Of a DNA stretch of 64,000 nt, positions 41,303 through 54,849 are shown in pieces; the stretch's first letter is position 1, and each line of letters opens with the position of its first letter. Source of the stretch: Antedon mediterranea (taxonomy: Eukaryota; Animalia; Echinodermata); the NCBI RefSeq assembly GCF_964355755.1, contig NC_092674.1, positions 21,762,001 to 21,826,000 of the forward strand. The letters are read 5' to 3'. The position numbers and the translations under genes were made by a program. Under the pieces are notes generated by a model. It saw only the letters and a program-made list of their open reading frames with translations, was not told where the DNA came from and did no database searches.

Positions 41303-43846
41303 CTAGATGGCACGCTCGCTTCGCTCGCGTACCATCTAGGGGTGCTCACAGATGGTTCTCGAATACAGTAGAATCCACGGACGGGGACTTTTTTGGGACA
41401 CTAAACAAAAACGGAAGTGTCCCCCTAATTGGGGTATTCAGAAATAGAGACAACAAAACCAATACTGGATTCCATAAAGGACAATTAATTTATGTGGATT
41501 AAAGAAATTAGGGAGAAATGGAAATGTATGTACGGGAATTGGGCGGCGGCACGTGGTGGTGGTGATGGAACCGCAGTAATAAAGTTGATTGTATTTATAT
41601 ATTATAAGAACCAAACTAAATAAATAGACCTAGACATTCTGCGAAATGGAAATCGGAAATTCAAGCTCCTATTCAGTGAAAAATTAAACTGTAGTCTACC
41701 TAAATATTTAGGGCAAATCATCGGTTGTGGTGTTGAACTTCCTGTAAACATTTGTGTGAACCAAACTGGGTCGAATTTCTGTCATGAGTACTGATTTGTT
41801 GGCCTGTGATTTATGACGCCTAAGGGATCTATCTAGACTTATTTTTTAGAATAATGTACGTACCTGTCAGATACAATTGTCTTGTGTCGTATAATAAATA
41901 AGTACTGTAATAGTTACTGAAGTTACTATTACAATCTCGTCAATGAAAACACGAAAATGTATATGCACTTACTTATGAAAACGTATACAGTATTATACTC
42001 AGTTATTGAAACAGTAGGTTTAAAAAAGTTTCGTTTGTCTGTAAAATGATGTAATCAAGCTGTTTACATGAGTCTTAATTTATAAGCACATCAATAATAA
42101 AATAGTTTATCTATCCTGTAATTGGCGAGATTATGGTCGCTGTTGAATGAAATAAAGTCAATCGGTATCATATTTGTACAGAAACGTTTTTCACGAAGGG
42201 TGTAACCTAAATTCGTTGTATTATCGTCAAGAACTAACTGTAACTAAACTTACATAGAAAGTAGGGTATCATAAATTTGGCCTTAGCATTCGGGGGAGTG
42301 GCTAAGATGAAGTCCGTGGGACTACTAAATATAAATTGTAATGAACCTCGAGGGACATAAATAGGAATATTTCATGTTTCATTATCAATGTATAATAAAT
42401 GGAAACTGTTTACCGATTCAAATAATAGAAATTGGTTTTTAACATTTTCCGAACCTATTGCAAGTTTATTCTCAAAGGGCCCATATATTTACCTACCGTA
42501 TGTGTTAACCCAAGGGCTCATAAATTTACCTACAGTACTTGTGTTAAACCAAACTGGATGTTCCATTCATCGCAAATCAATACATTTGTATAATCGTATA
42601 TTAAATCTATCAAAATAGTATTTTTTAAAGAAAATCGGCCTGTCTTCAACATTATGATGGTGTACTCTAGAAATCTATCAAAATAGTATTTTTTAAAGAA
42701 AATCGGCCTGTCTTCAACATTATGATGGTGTACTCTAGCTGTTCAACCGGTTTTCAGCTATTAAAAACAATTATCGTAGGAGGAGATAGGAAAATGCGAA
42801 GCCTCCTCGCTATGTAACATTAGGGTTGAGGGATGGGAAAGCGGATAGGTACAAAGAGGAACAATTTTTAAATATATTCTTTATCCACTGAGTAACGAAA
42901 TATTTTGTTCATGTTTTATAGGCCTATAAATAATATACCTCTAAATACAGTAGGCCTAAAACATTTGCGATTTAATACTTTGTTAAAACTGTCACTGTCA
43001 TAATCGATTGAAATATTAAAGTACATGTCACGATACACCACTACGACGTTTATATTTTTGGTAATTATTAATTAATACAAACGTTGAGAAGGAACTGTCA
43101 GTATAAAGTTTATTTGTATATCTAACAGTAGAGCCTATCCACAGTCTCAGTAATAAAGTTTATTTGTATATATTTTTATATTACATCTAACAGTACGAAC
43201 ATTCACAGTAAGAAATGTTCGATTCAAATGAAAAATAGTTAATAGGTATTTACAGTATTGTTAAAGTATTGCAAGTTTATTCTCAAAGGGCCCATATATT
43301 TACCTACCGTATGTGTTAAACCAAGGGCTCATAAATTTACCTACAGTACTTGTGTTAAACCAAACTTTGGCAGACTGAGAGATTGGGATGTTCCATTCAT
43401 CGCAAATCAATACATTTGTATAATCGTATATTAAATCTATCAAAATAGTATTTTTTAAAGAAAATCGGCCTGTCTTCAACATTATGATGGTGTACTCTAG
43501 CTGTTCAACCGGTTTTCAGCTATCAAAAACAATTATCGTAGGAGGAGATAGAAAAATGCGAAGCCTCCTCGCATTTTTTTGGCGGGTATTTTTCAAGATG
43601 GACATCCATTAGACAGTGTATACCACGATCGGAAAACACCCCTATTTGGGGCAAATCTTTGAACCTAAATTCGTTTTAATCGTCAATAACTAATTATGTA
43701 ACTCAATTTAATTAGTAAACAGGGTTACATCAGGCGGTTAAAATCAGTACCGAAAGTACGAACCAACTTTACATACCATCGAGTGAAAATTCTAGAAGTA
43801 AGGCGCGATTTACCGAATTTTGCCCTTACGTAAATTTATATATAGA
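41303..43846 (-). mobile_element. Non-autonomous Helitron nested in the Academ composite
   Basis: Minus strand A|TCTATATATAAATTTACG ... hairpin ATGGTACGCGAGCGAAGCGAGCGTGCCAT-CTAG|T: a TC...CTAG element at an AT target with no TSD. Internal direct repeats (~42458-42812 vs ~43268-43572). A related copy lies at 57318-58364. Confidence 0.85.
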
Positions 43847-44958
43847 TGGTTGGTTTGACCCATGTGTTCTTTCCTCTTAAGTTTATATTCTGTCACGGTT
43901 GCTTCATTCATTGATTTAATACTGTATGTTCTCGATGGGGGAGCACTGTGAATGCATGTAAAGTCTGTCCTTGGTGTGAAGCTCTGTAAAAATTAGTTTG
44001 CTTTTTATACATGGAATCCAGGGATATGATACTACATCCCATCTATTTGGTATAGGAAAAGGTCTTAAAAAGTCATAACACCTGGGCAGTAGTATGCTTA
44101 CAAACTCTGTAAAACCAAACGTCTCCAAAAAAAAAAAGAAACCATCGCATCAGAGGAATTGGCATTGGTAGCTATACTGTATGGAGGAATACGTTCTGGG
44201 AGAAAGTAGCAAAAAGCAAAACAGCACTTGAAATAAAGTCTATTCCCCCTACAACAAATGCTGCAAAATGTCATTCCCTGCGTGTATATTACCATGGTAC
44301 AGCAGTGGATAGAAAGTACTCTTCTTCAACCCACAGACTGGGGAATGGAAAGTTACAAATGGCGTGATGTGTCCATTGATGACAAATTTACCACCAGTAC
44401 CACTGTTTGTGACGAATACCACGGCATCAGCACATGCTTAATTCCTACCTATAGACAGAGGATGATAACTGGACAATGAAAATGAATGGATTAATAGATT
44501 CTAAGATTGTATAATTCTATTGTTGTGACAGTACAAATGTAAATGAACTGTTTTATTAGACACCGTAGTCCTGCATTATAATGCATAGGACTACGTTGTC
44601 TATTATTATAACCGTGGTGATATCTTGATACTTAAATGTGTGTTTTTGTTGCTAAATAGCACTTAAATTAATATGTATATTGCAGTTTAAATGTTTGACA
44701 CTAAAGAAATATAAAAAGCATTATAAAAACTGCTATCAAGTGGTAATTAGATATAAAATATATGTTTTTTGTTCATTTTTAGACATTTTTAGCCATTGGC
44801 GGCCATTTTGTTTAAAAAAACCTATTTCCCCTACCTGGATTTTTCTAGACTTTTAGTATGTTCATATAGGGACCTTATAGAAATGCATTGTGGTGAAAAA
44901 AATTCTGTTGCAATTTTTTCAACCTTTTACTGATTCTGAGCATATCTTTCCTGTACTA

Positions 44959-47060
44959 CAGGGATATTTAGCATTTTACTAGCTCTTCGTACGATTCTAT
45001 ATAGTTTTCCCTTGTCTTTTACATTGAGACTATTTCCCAACACAGCATAACAGAAAGATATCACGCTAAGTACCATCGATTTGTAAAACATGGTTAGAAT
45101 TTTGTTATCTACTTTAAATTTCTTAAGTTGACGCATTAGGTGCAGTCGTTGCTGACCCTTTTTATATAGCATGTTTGTATTTTTGCTCCATTTTAATTTA
45201 TCATCTATGATTGTTCCTAAGTATTCTTTGACAGCTTTTATACATTCACCATCAATTACTACATCAGCATGATTACTTTGTTTCTTTCTAAAATCGATAA
45301 TCATTTCTTTGGTTTTCTTAGAATTTAAAATAAGATAGTTTTCTTTACACCACTCTGTAAATAACTTTATTTCGGTAAAATAGTTCGAAAGCGATTCAGC
45401 ATCTTTAATGTTACCATTGTCATCGGCATATTTTATCAAACGGCAGGAGTCAGTGGCATTTCTACAGTCGTTTGTATACAGAATGTATAACAGCAGGGGA
45501 GACAGAACGCAGCCTTGTGGTGAGTCTGTATTGGTGAATGTGGTTGTTGATGTAGCATTTCCGAATTTAACTTGTTGTGATCTATTTGTTAAAAAGTCTT
45601 TTATCCAGAGAATGATAGATGAGTTTATAGTCATGTTAATAAGCTTGGACAGGAGAATGTGAGGTTGTATTGTGTTGAAGGCGGAACTGAAGTCAATGAA
45701 AAGAAGGCGTGTGAATGTGTTGTTCTTGTCGAGATGTTGTTGAGTGTTGTGGATGAGAGTGGCTGTGGCATCGTCTGTCCCTCTGTGTGCACTATATGCG
45801 AATTGCATAGGATCTAACAGGTGGTCACTTTGATCTTTAACACGCTTACTAATTATTTTTTCCATGCATTTCATAACCAGGGACGTTAGGGCAATTGGTC
45901 TATAATCATTAAGAGTTTTAACATTATTTAATTTGGCAACAGGTACAATCAAAGAGTGCTTCCAAATTGCAGGGATAGTGGTTGTACGGAGAGAACATTC
46001 AAAAAGTTTCTGAAAGACATGTCCTATCTGAGCAGCGCACTCTTTCAAAAGTTTTCCACATAACTTGTCTGGGCCACCAGCTTTGTTTGCATTTGTTTGC
46101 ATTTGTTTTTTTCAGAAGGTTGACAACATCATTCTCTGTTAAGTAATCTGCATCATCAGTTACGTCAATATTCTTGCAGGTATCCGCTAACTGCGACTTA
46201 AAGTCATGAGCATCAAACCTACTGTAAAATAAGTTGAGTTCTTCAGCTAGTTGCAGATCATTGTATCCTGGTAAAAGTTTGGGAGGACATGTTTTGTTTG
46301 ATCCTCCAGTTATATATTTTATGTCTTTCCATGCTTTCCTCGTCTGCCTATTATTTATATTCTTTTCTAATCTGTTTCTGAACTTTTCTTTGCCTCTTTT
46401 TACAGCCATATCAAGCCTTTTCTGTGCTTCTTTTAACTTAATTTTGTTTTTACTTGCAAAAGCTAGCTTCTTTTCGACGATTGCTGTTTTTACCTTCTTG
46501 GTCAGCCAGGCTTTATTATTTGGATACTGCTTTACATTCTTGGTTGGTATAGTGATATCTTGACAGAAGTTTAAATATGATGTTACTGATTCCGTCATTT
46601 CATCAATACCTGCAGAAGAGTCAGTAAAAATATCCCAATCTGTCGCTTCCAGGCATCCGCGCAACTTTTCAATATTGTCTGTGGACCATTGTCTAACATA
46701 CTTTATTTGAATCTTTTCAGTTTTTAATCGTTGTCTGTATAAAGGTAAGAGATGTACGACATTGTGATCTGATGACCCGATGCTTGGCTTTACCATAGAT
46801 TTGTAGGCGTCTTTGATGTTTCCATAGCAGAGATATATAATATTGTCACCTCGGGTTACGCACGTGACATACTGCTGAAAATTTGGAAGGACATCATCGA
46901 GTCTGCACTTGTTGAAATCTCCTAAGACAAACATTGGACACTCTGGTGACTTTCTTTGCGCGATGTGGATTTGCTCAGCGATTTCCTCGGCTGCTGTTGA
47001 TGCATTTCCGTCTGGTGGTACATATACGATTGCTACCTTAACAGAGCCAAATTCCCGTGT
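44959..47060 (-). mobile_element. Rex1/Babar-like LINE, 5'-truncated APE-RT pseudo-ORF
   Basis: APE motifs (REF..VYVPP, VLGDFN, SDHNVV), PNNKAW, RT motifs (DYRPIALTS, FIDFSSAFNTI, PQGCVLSPLL, KYADD) and a C-terminal domain. A frameshift is caused by duplicated TTTGTTTGCA at ~46082-46101. Confidence 0.9.
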
Positions 47061-48059
47061 ACATGTACTTGGAACTATATCTTGGCATAAGAAGACAATA
47101 CCAGCCGCAGTTGTTCGAAGAGTGCGCACTAGATTATTACGATTGGTTGAATGTAGATTTTAATGTAAATTTTTACAAATTTCTGGTGGAATGATAGAAG
47201 CAAGTTTTAAATTAATTATTCCTTATTTTTATAAAAATGTCTGTACGTCAATACGTAAACATGGCACGCGTCAGTTATTTTTTGTTTTTAATGTTATATA
47301 AGGGGGAGACGGGGCTGGCGCGCGCCTGCAGTCATCTCAACCAATATGAATTAAAGTTATGCAGATAGTTAAAGAAAGAAAACTGCCATTTGTTGGCAGA
47401 CTCAGAGGATTCTCAAGAGCTGTCTGGGAAAGTCAAGAAGGTATCGAGAACATCTAAGCTGTGGCTGTATATCATTAGAAATGGTACAACTTGCTATAGT
47501 CCGGTGGCAGGAGGGGGAATCACCACCCGAAAGTGGACAAATTGCCATCCAACCTTTCTAGACCAGAATTTTCCGTAGATTACGAATATGGAAGGTAATC
47601 GATCAGGATAGGAAGCGTTTTCGAGATATAAGGGGTCAAAGTAGAACAAACTTCGAAATTTCCCTATGCATACATTGCCTTCTGCCTATGTTAAAGTAAT
47701 AATTCTTGGCATATTTCAAACGTTTCATTATGCCATCATAATCTGGAATTGGGTCAAAGTACTGTTGTTTACTCTGTATTTTTTAAATTTTTCATATCTA
47801 ATAGCAAGTTATTCTCACTGTGTGTGAGTGTGTAAGGGGTTATAGACCGGGCGCCCAGAAAGTTTATTCATGTGAAAAGCCACAAAAGGTTTGATGGGCT
47901 GATTATGTAGATATATGGCTAAGATTCAATATTGCTGCCAGGTCATATCCTGTAAATTTTCCCTGGAGACACCAAAATAGGAGGGGTAAAAAATGGAATT
48001 AATCATGTGAAAAGCCACACGGATAAAAGCTGTTGGACATTGTCCCCATATGTGTTATA

Positions 48060-48612
48060 CAATGTTAAAACAGCAATGACAGCAGCAACTTTATCCTATA
48101 AGTTTCCTGAGACAGTAGCACTAAAAAATGTTGTTATGTCAAGAGCCACACGGCTAATTCCTTTTGCATTGTAACTGTCACTCATTGGGTGCACAAAAAT
48201 ACCATTGACAGCAACTTTATCCTGTAAGTTTGCCCCAGACACTAGCCCAAAATGCCCGTTCGGCCACTATTCAATATGCGAAGAGCCACATGGCTAATTT
48301 CTTTTGTATTGTAACTGTTACACATTGTGATGTACAAAAATACCATTGACAGCAACGTTATCCTGTAAGTTTCCCCAGCAGACAGTAGCCCAAAAATGCC
48401 CGTTCGGCCACTATTCAATCATGCGAAGAGCCACACGGCTAATTCCTTTTGTATTGTAACTGTTACACATTGTAATGTACAAAAATACCTTTGACAGCAA
48501 CGTTATCCTGTAAGTTTCCCCAGCAGACAGTAGCCCAAAAATGCCCGTGGGGCCATACAAGATGTAGTCATGCGAAGAGCCACACGGCTAATTTATTTTG
48601 CATTGTACATGC
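48060..48612. repeat. ~140-bp tandem repeat, about 4 copies
   Basis: Recurring AAGAGCCACACGGCTAATT...TGACAGCAACGTTATCCTGTAAGTTT...TAGCCCAAAAATGCCCGT. Confidence 0.85.
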
Positions 48613-48769
48613 TGTTTTTTTTTTAAATAGGAATATCGTTTTGCAAAATGCAGCAAATGCACCAGAATTAAATTTGAGCTGCACAATACAAATCAAAAGC
48701 AAAAACGGCAAATACTAATGATGAAGAGAGAGAAGCATTTACGAAAACAAAAGTAAGTATGCCTACTAC

Positions 48770-49515
48770 CTGCAGTGTGTACAAAAGCAAGACTGATTTA
48801 CCATCTTTTGCTTGCGAATCAAAAGAAACGTCGAAGATGTAGAAGCTAGCCACACATGTAACTGGTGTACTAGTACATGGCCGACATGGGCACTGCTTCA
48901 TTGACCTAAAATAGTTTCCACATGACTCAAATCTAACCTGCAACATTATACTGAAGGTGCTGTCAGAGATAAAAAAAAAAAAACCTCTTATATCTGCAAT
49001 TGGACAATAGCGGAAAGGATAATAAAACAGATTTGTTTTGCCCTATGTGCTGTTCTTGTAGAGTTAAAGATTTTTCGAAAGGTAAATGACTATACATTTA
49101 TAAATGATTTATAAATAATAAAACAGTTCACCAGGTACACAGTGCACTTTAAAAGAACCCACTTCATCATTCATTTACCCTGTTCTCGTTCACCACAAAA
49201 TATCAACTGTGTTGGGTGATTTCCACCTGCTTAATTAATTATATTGGTAAAATTATCTAAAGACATGGAAATATACTAAAAATGTATTTATTTTTTTTTG
49301 CTTTTAAAAGTTTTACAGTTTTAATTTTAAATCATTACTTCTTTTACTCTTCAGATAAAGATTGGATTTTTAATGGTTGGTCACACTCACGAGGATATTG
49401 ACCAATTATTTTCAGGTGTGGCCAAATACCTGAACAAATATAGAGCGTCTACGCCTGATCATCTTCGAAGTGCTGTTGAAATCTCGTACAAAAAGTTACC
49501 GATTACATCAAGTAT
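48770..49515 (+). pseudogene. Intron-containing Sola-like DDD transposase relic
   Basis: SKTDLPSF..HVTGVLVHG..FPHDSNLT..LYLQLDNSGKDNKN..ELKIFRK, a GT-AG intron at 49082-49354, then IKIGFLMVGHTHEDIDQLFS. Contains stops and frameshifts. Confidence 0.7.
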
Positions 49516-49519
49516 CATT

Positions 49520-49900
49520 TCCTTTCACAAATACAAAATGTATGGTGACAAATAACGGATGGGTATCCGAAAGTTTTAGTATGGAACGTGGTGTAAGACA
49601 AGGATGCTCATTATCGGCTTTACTTTTTATACTTGCGGTAGAAATAATGGCTGTAAGCATTAGGAATAATCCAAAATGTAAAGGGATTGTTCTACCAATA
49701 ACAGAAAACGTTCATGAGAACACTGTAAAAATTGCTCAATTAGCAGACGACACAGTCATTTTTACAAGAGAAGAAACGAGTTAAACATTTCTTTCATGAA
49801 ATTGAACGATTTTGTAAAATGTCCAGCCTAAAATTAAATAAAAATAGAACCAAAGGGATGTGGATAGGTACAAAGAAGGACTTTCTTTGGAAGGATAACA
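49520..49900 (+). mobile_element. L1/Tx1-like LINE RT fragment
   Basis: VTNNGWVSESFSMERGVRQGCSLSALLFILAVEIMA...KIAQLADDTVIF. Confidence 0.8.
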
Positions 49901-51889
49901 ATAATCAAAACGCTTGCAATCTCTAAATTGGTTTATAACGCAAGCATATAAACATACCCTTACACTCAAAGATCTTATATACTAAAGATGGGACACTCTC
50001 GGAATTTTACGTGCGATTCATGTAACACACATGGAGCTCATTTTATAGGGCGCCCTCTCGCTCAAACAAGTAGATTTATGGATCAGATATGTCTACTGTA
50101 TTGTAACTGAATACTCAATTTTTTTCATCACAATAATTGCGGTAATGTGCGATTAAATTATAATGATAGACTTATTTTCTGTACTTTGTATATCTATTTG
50201 TTTTAATTACTGAATATTGTTGTTATTATTGAATGTTTATCATCATCCTCAAAATCATCATCTAGGAGTAATCATCACTCACATCACTACTACTTATTTA
50301 TGCGAGTCGGTCCCTCTGGTATTAACACTAAGCGCATCGTATTCCATTTTTGTTCTTGATGTGTTCTTCTTTTTCATCCAGCAGCAAAACAGTGTAGATT
50401 AGGAAAATATATTAGTCAAATAGTGTGTTATAAACAATTAAAAAAGAACAAGAAGTCACTTTTTAAAATCACTACTTCGACTATTTTATTCGGAATATAT
50501 TTATAAACAATCATAGGCTTAAGCCTACAGGCATGATATGAAACAGATTATGATAGTCAATTCTGAGACAATTCATACTAGGCATACATGTACCCATCAT
50601 TAGCCATGACATTCATTTATTATTATAATTTATTTAAAACCTGAGATAACAATTAGTTATGTTATAGTAGTCTCAGTTTAAAATTAACTCAATAGCTATT
50701 GCGAAATGATGCACGGGCCACCCAGAGGAAATATAAAAAGTGTAGAAACATAGAAATAAAATCATCATATTTACAATTATTCAATCATCATACCAGACCG
50801 TCGTAATGATCATCATTTCTAGCCGATAATGCACAGACCGGGGCGCGTACAAACCTCCTACAACTTTACCATACCTCATAAATGTGAAACTTTTTTTTTT
50901 GTCTTGTGTGGGTTCGTCCCACTTTTATTATAGTTCTATAAATATAAATAATATATGTGTATATGCACATTTATATAATTCTCTTATTTATAAGGTACAT
51001 TGTTAAAAAAATACATATCTTTTGAACAGTATATACATAAGACTAAGATTATTTTGATGTTAAGAAGTAACCACATTTACATTCATATACATTTTTAAAA
51101 ATACAATTAATTAAAATATGTCGATGGCAGTAAACTGACGATAAAAATTGATTTTAAAAAAACCTACTTATGAAAAAGTTATTATTGTTGTTTTATTCTG
51201 TTCGTGTCCGTTATCTGGGTAGAGAGGCTATAAACTCAGGGGAAGAATATAAAGAATCTTCCCTTTTCACCAAGAAAAAAATGGATGAGATGAAAACGAA
51301 GAATGCAAAAGCTTGAAAAAAGGGTGTTTAGGATGGATAGGATGGAATGATATATATATAATGAAAACCGTAAGGTTAGAGTCCATACAAAGTGCAAGTC
51401 CAAGGTAATATTTTGGCTCTGTGTGTATGTGAGTCGCTTCATACCCGGATGACATATCTTAAAACTAATATAGTTACTAGGCCTATATACAATGTTTTTA
51501 AGAGATAAAAATAGCATTTTTTTTTTTATTTCATTAATTTAAGGAGATTTGTGAAACATAGAAATGTGAAACTTTAATTAATTTTTTACTCTTCTTCTTA
51601 TCACTGATTATGTCTCTGTTGAAGAATTTAACAGCATAGAATATGCGTAAGTTTACGTACGTTTCAATTAGCAATGTTTCAATTATTGTTGGTGAACAAA
51701 GATTCAACTTCATACCAAATCTATGTAACATGGTAGCGATTTTTAACTTTATTTTTCTGATGATGTTTGATGTATAGAAGATCTTTGCTTACATATAATT
51801 CCCCTTGTTGAAAAAATACTTTATACTGTAATTTCTGTGGAATGGTCAACGTAAAAAAACTAAAAGACCTGTTCTTATAAAAAAAAAAG

Positions 51890-52400
51890 CATTCGATAGT
51901 GGCTTGAGTATGATAAATTTCAACTCCGTAAAATAGATTTATTAAAACTAACATGGATAAAAAGATTAAAAGAAGTCCCGATCCAGGAAAATGGAAAATT
52001 ATTCCTAAATACTTTATGTATCCAATAGAATACACTTTAGGTCCTACTCAGCTTAACTTTGAAGATCATATTGACTTGAATAGAATGCCTGATTTTTATG
52101 TATCAATGTTAAAATCAGCGGTTAAGAATAATATTGTTAGTGTAGTTCCACAAAATATAGTACTGTAATATGGTACTGTAAAGTTCACAATATGAAACAT
52201 TTACCAAAAGTCGACCAATTAAATTTTAAAGTATTACATCGTATCTTTAGCTTGTAGAAAAAAATTAAAGAAGTGGAATCTTAATAAAAGTGATTATTGC
52301 GAAAAGTGTTGTATAGAAATAGAAAGTGAAAAACATATGTTGTACACCTGTAATAGTATTCAATCAGATTTGAGTAAGTTCCGTAACCTGATTGTTAAAT
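51890..52400 (+). mobile_element. L1/Tx1-like LINE C-terminal fragment (zf-RVT-like)
   Basis: GKWKIIPKYF, MPDFYVSML and QLNFKVLHRI...KWNL..SDYCEKC..EIESEKHMLYTC in broken frames. Probably the same element as 49520-49900. Confidence 0.6.
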
Positions 52401-52479
52401 GTATTCCTACTAATGAAACACTACGGCCAGGTTTCCCCGAATGGTCAACAAGGCCAACAGCCATTAAGTCACGTGCTAC

Positions 52480-53273
52480 AATGCATAGTGATACCGGACC
52501 GACAGACAGACCGACAGACAGACCGACAGACCGACAGACAGACAGACAGAGAGACCGACCGACCGACATAGTGAACTATACTGACCGAAATTACTGAACA
52601 TGTTTAAAAATGTTGAAATGTTTAAAAACATTTATTTTTTTTTAATTTACACGTGCGTAGCCTGTCACTTTCGACGTGCTCGTATAACGTAATTTCGAGT
52701 TGAAAAGTAAGTCAAGAAAACAGAAATCGGGCAAAAAGAGTGCGCAATAACATTTAACGCGCAGTGCGCGCGCAAAAATATGCGCACTCATGGCAATTTT
52801 GTAAACGCTTAAAATTGCCTGAAATGTACTCTTATTTCATCGAAAATAAATTTTGAAAATGTTAAGCGCGCGTACGCATGCGTTACATGCGCTACGCACG
52901 TAATTGTATTGCCATATGATGATTTATGCCCTGAAATTTATGAGTACCAAATTTTATTTAATTGTGATTCATGGTTGTGAAGATATGATTACAAACGTGA
53001 TTTCGTTAAATCGTGCGTAGACCGCGTAATTTTTTATTGCGCACCGTGAAAACATAACCACATTGATTCCTGGCCATAAGGAATATACTGTAAAAAATGA
53101 AATTGACCTAGCTAGATTAAACTGATATCAAGATAAGGTCAGAAAGCGATAAAACGCATAGTGATACCGGACCGACAGACAGACAGACAGACAGACAGAC
53201 CGACCGACAGACAGACAGACAGACCGACCGACCGACATAGTGAACTATAGAGTCGCTTCCACGCGACTAAAAA
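52480..53273 (-). mobile_element. Helentron/DINE-1-like element with (GACA/GACC)n microsatellites
   Basis: The minus strand starts TTTTTAGTCGCGTGGAAGCGACTCTATAGTTCACTATGTCGGTCGGTC (terminal stem-loop plus microsatellite). The microsatellite module occurs twice (~52483-52580, ~53157-53250). The core is shared with 3690-4210. Confidence 0.75.
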
Positions 53274-53339
53274 GTGTACTTTTACTTATGTGAACAGCGC
53301 CCTCAATCGTTATTTTCCCAAAAATACCACATTTTATGT

Positions 53340-53993
53340 GGTTTCAGAAACTGAACTGATTATAACTTTTTTTTATCGATTTTTTTTACAGTTACTTGTA
53401 ATTTACATACCACCTCTACCATTTACTACAGTTACTTCATTTACATTTACTTCTGCCGTCCACAGATACTGTATGTGATTTCCTAGTTTACTGGCAGCCA
53501 TTTTGGATTTTTCCCACCATCTTTGCAACGAGTGACCTATATTATGTACCATGTCTAAAATATGTTTCAATGACCATGATTAGGCCTACTCCATGTTTTC
53601 CAACTTTGTTTGATACCTATATGCGATTTCTGCAACCAGAATGATATTCCAGTTTAGGCTACTGGCAGCCATGTTGGATTTTGGCCACTATCTTAACAAC
53701 GAATGACCCATGTCATGCAACATGTCTAAAATATGTTTCAATGACCATGAATACTTATGTTTTGATAGTTCATTTGCCTATATGCAACTTCTGCAACAAT
53801 GAAATGTGATTTTCCCATTTATTGGCGGCCATTTTGGTTTTTGACCGCCATCTTGAAAAATAAATTACGACCAGAGTGGCTCCTAGGCAAAAATCAATTG
53901 GTAGGTCCCAACGAAGCTCCATGCCAAATTTGGCGCTTTTGTCCACTGTGTAACGATTTCCTCATTTTTTGTTGTTAAGCCACCTCACTATTA
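53340..53993. repeat. DNA-transposon-like fragment with ~170-bp internal repeats
   Basis: Three GGC(A/G)GCCAT(T/G)TTGG units, and twice CATGTCTAAAATATGTTTCAATGACCATGA. Confidence 0.5.
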
Positions 53994-54129
53994 GTTGTAG
54001 ATATCAAATCATGCATCGATATGGCTAACCGGACATTGTGACGTCATCGTATGGCCACTCGAATATAAAATATAAGACTTTTGTCTCTTTCGCATAGCTC
54101 ATCACATTTAATAGAGCGCATCTCCACTT

Positions 54130-54464
54130 ATCCGTATTCCATTTCCCCCCATTTTGTTATATTGTCTAGGCCCATCAATTATCTTTTGCATAATCTACCA
54201 TTTTTTAAATTGTGATGACGACATCATGTCCAAAAGCGTCAATCTAGGGTCCCTTATTTTCACCTATTCTGCACTGTATGTAGTACGTATACAGAATATA
54301 GTGTATACCGTATATACTTTGACGTGACGCAAAATAGAGAGCGCACTAACATTTTTTCAATGGCATAATCGTTTTTCTGCGCGCAATATTCTAACGTATG
54401 ACGTGCACGTGGCTTTTGTGACGCGGATAACCTAACTCGTCCGTAGTGACGAGTTCAAATCTAG
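54130..54464 (+). mobile_element. Helitron/Helentron-type 3' terminal fragment
   Basis: TAACCT-AACTCGTC cgtagt GACGAGTT-CAAATCTAG|TT, homologous to the terminus at 2835-2875. The left boundary is uncertain. Confidence 0.6.
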
Positions 54465-54849
54465 TTTAATTTGATCATATCCGATAATTAACCGATTAAT
54501 TTTATTTTAGCTGCGGAAACACGGCCTAGATCAAATCAGTATAGCGCCAACAATAGTTGGAAAAAGTTGATGACCTTGTTATGACTTCTACCACCGAGCC
54601 TATTCCCAACTGATTCTCCCAGTAGTATAGTACGTGCATCATGCAGCAGGATCCTCCTCTCTCGCTTTTGTGTGATGTGTGACGTAGAACGCGAGAGTTT
54701 TCAACATATGACGTCGTACCGGCCGTTTTTACTACCTCTGCCTCTAGTTGTTGTTAGTCATTTCTTGTTTATGTTGTGCAATTGTGGTGTAATACGTTGG
54801 GTGATGCAACGTGTGTGTGAATACATTTGAACTGTCCAGTTATTATTAG

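Larger units (their letters stand above)
38214..44958. mobile_element. Composite non-autonomous Academ DNA transposon (6745 bp) made of two inverted 3' arms
   Basis: Termini TAGTACAGGAAA / TTTCCTGTACTA, TSD CAG (38211-13, 44959-61), ~150 bp of near-identical subterminal inverted repeat. Degenerate transposase C-terminal motifs lie on the + strand at ~43990-44400 (LLFIHGIQGYDTTSHLFGIGK; IPPTTNAAKCHSLRVYY; QQW..LQPTDWG) and on the - strand at ~39500-41270 (PAPEKLLKLIRC..GCSKMNCRCRKYGLDC). Confidence 0.8.

Noticed and set aside
45408-47163. Plus-strand ORFs of 84-109 aa
   Set aside because: Antisense shadows of the LINE ORF.
52337-52597. ORF with PTDR/QTDR repeats
   Set aside because: Translation of the (GACA/GACC)n microsatellite of a Helentron-like element.
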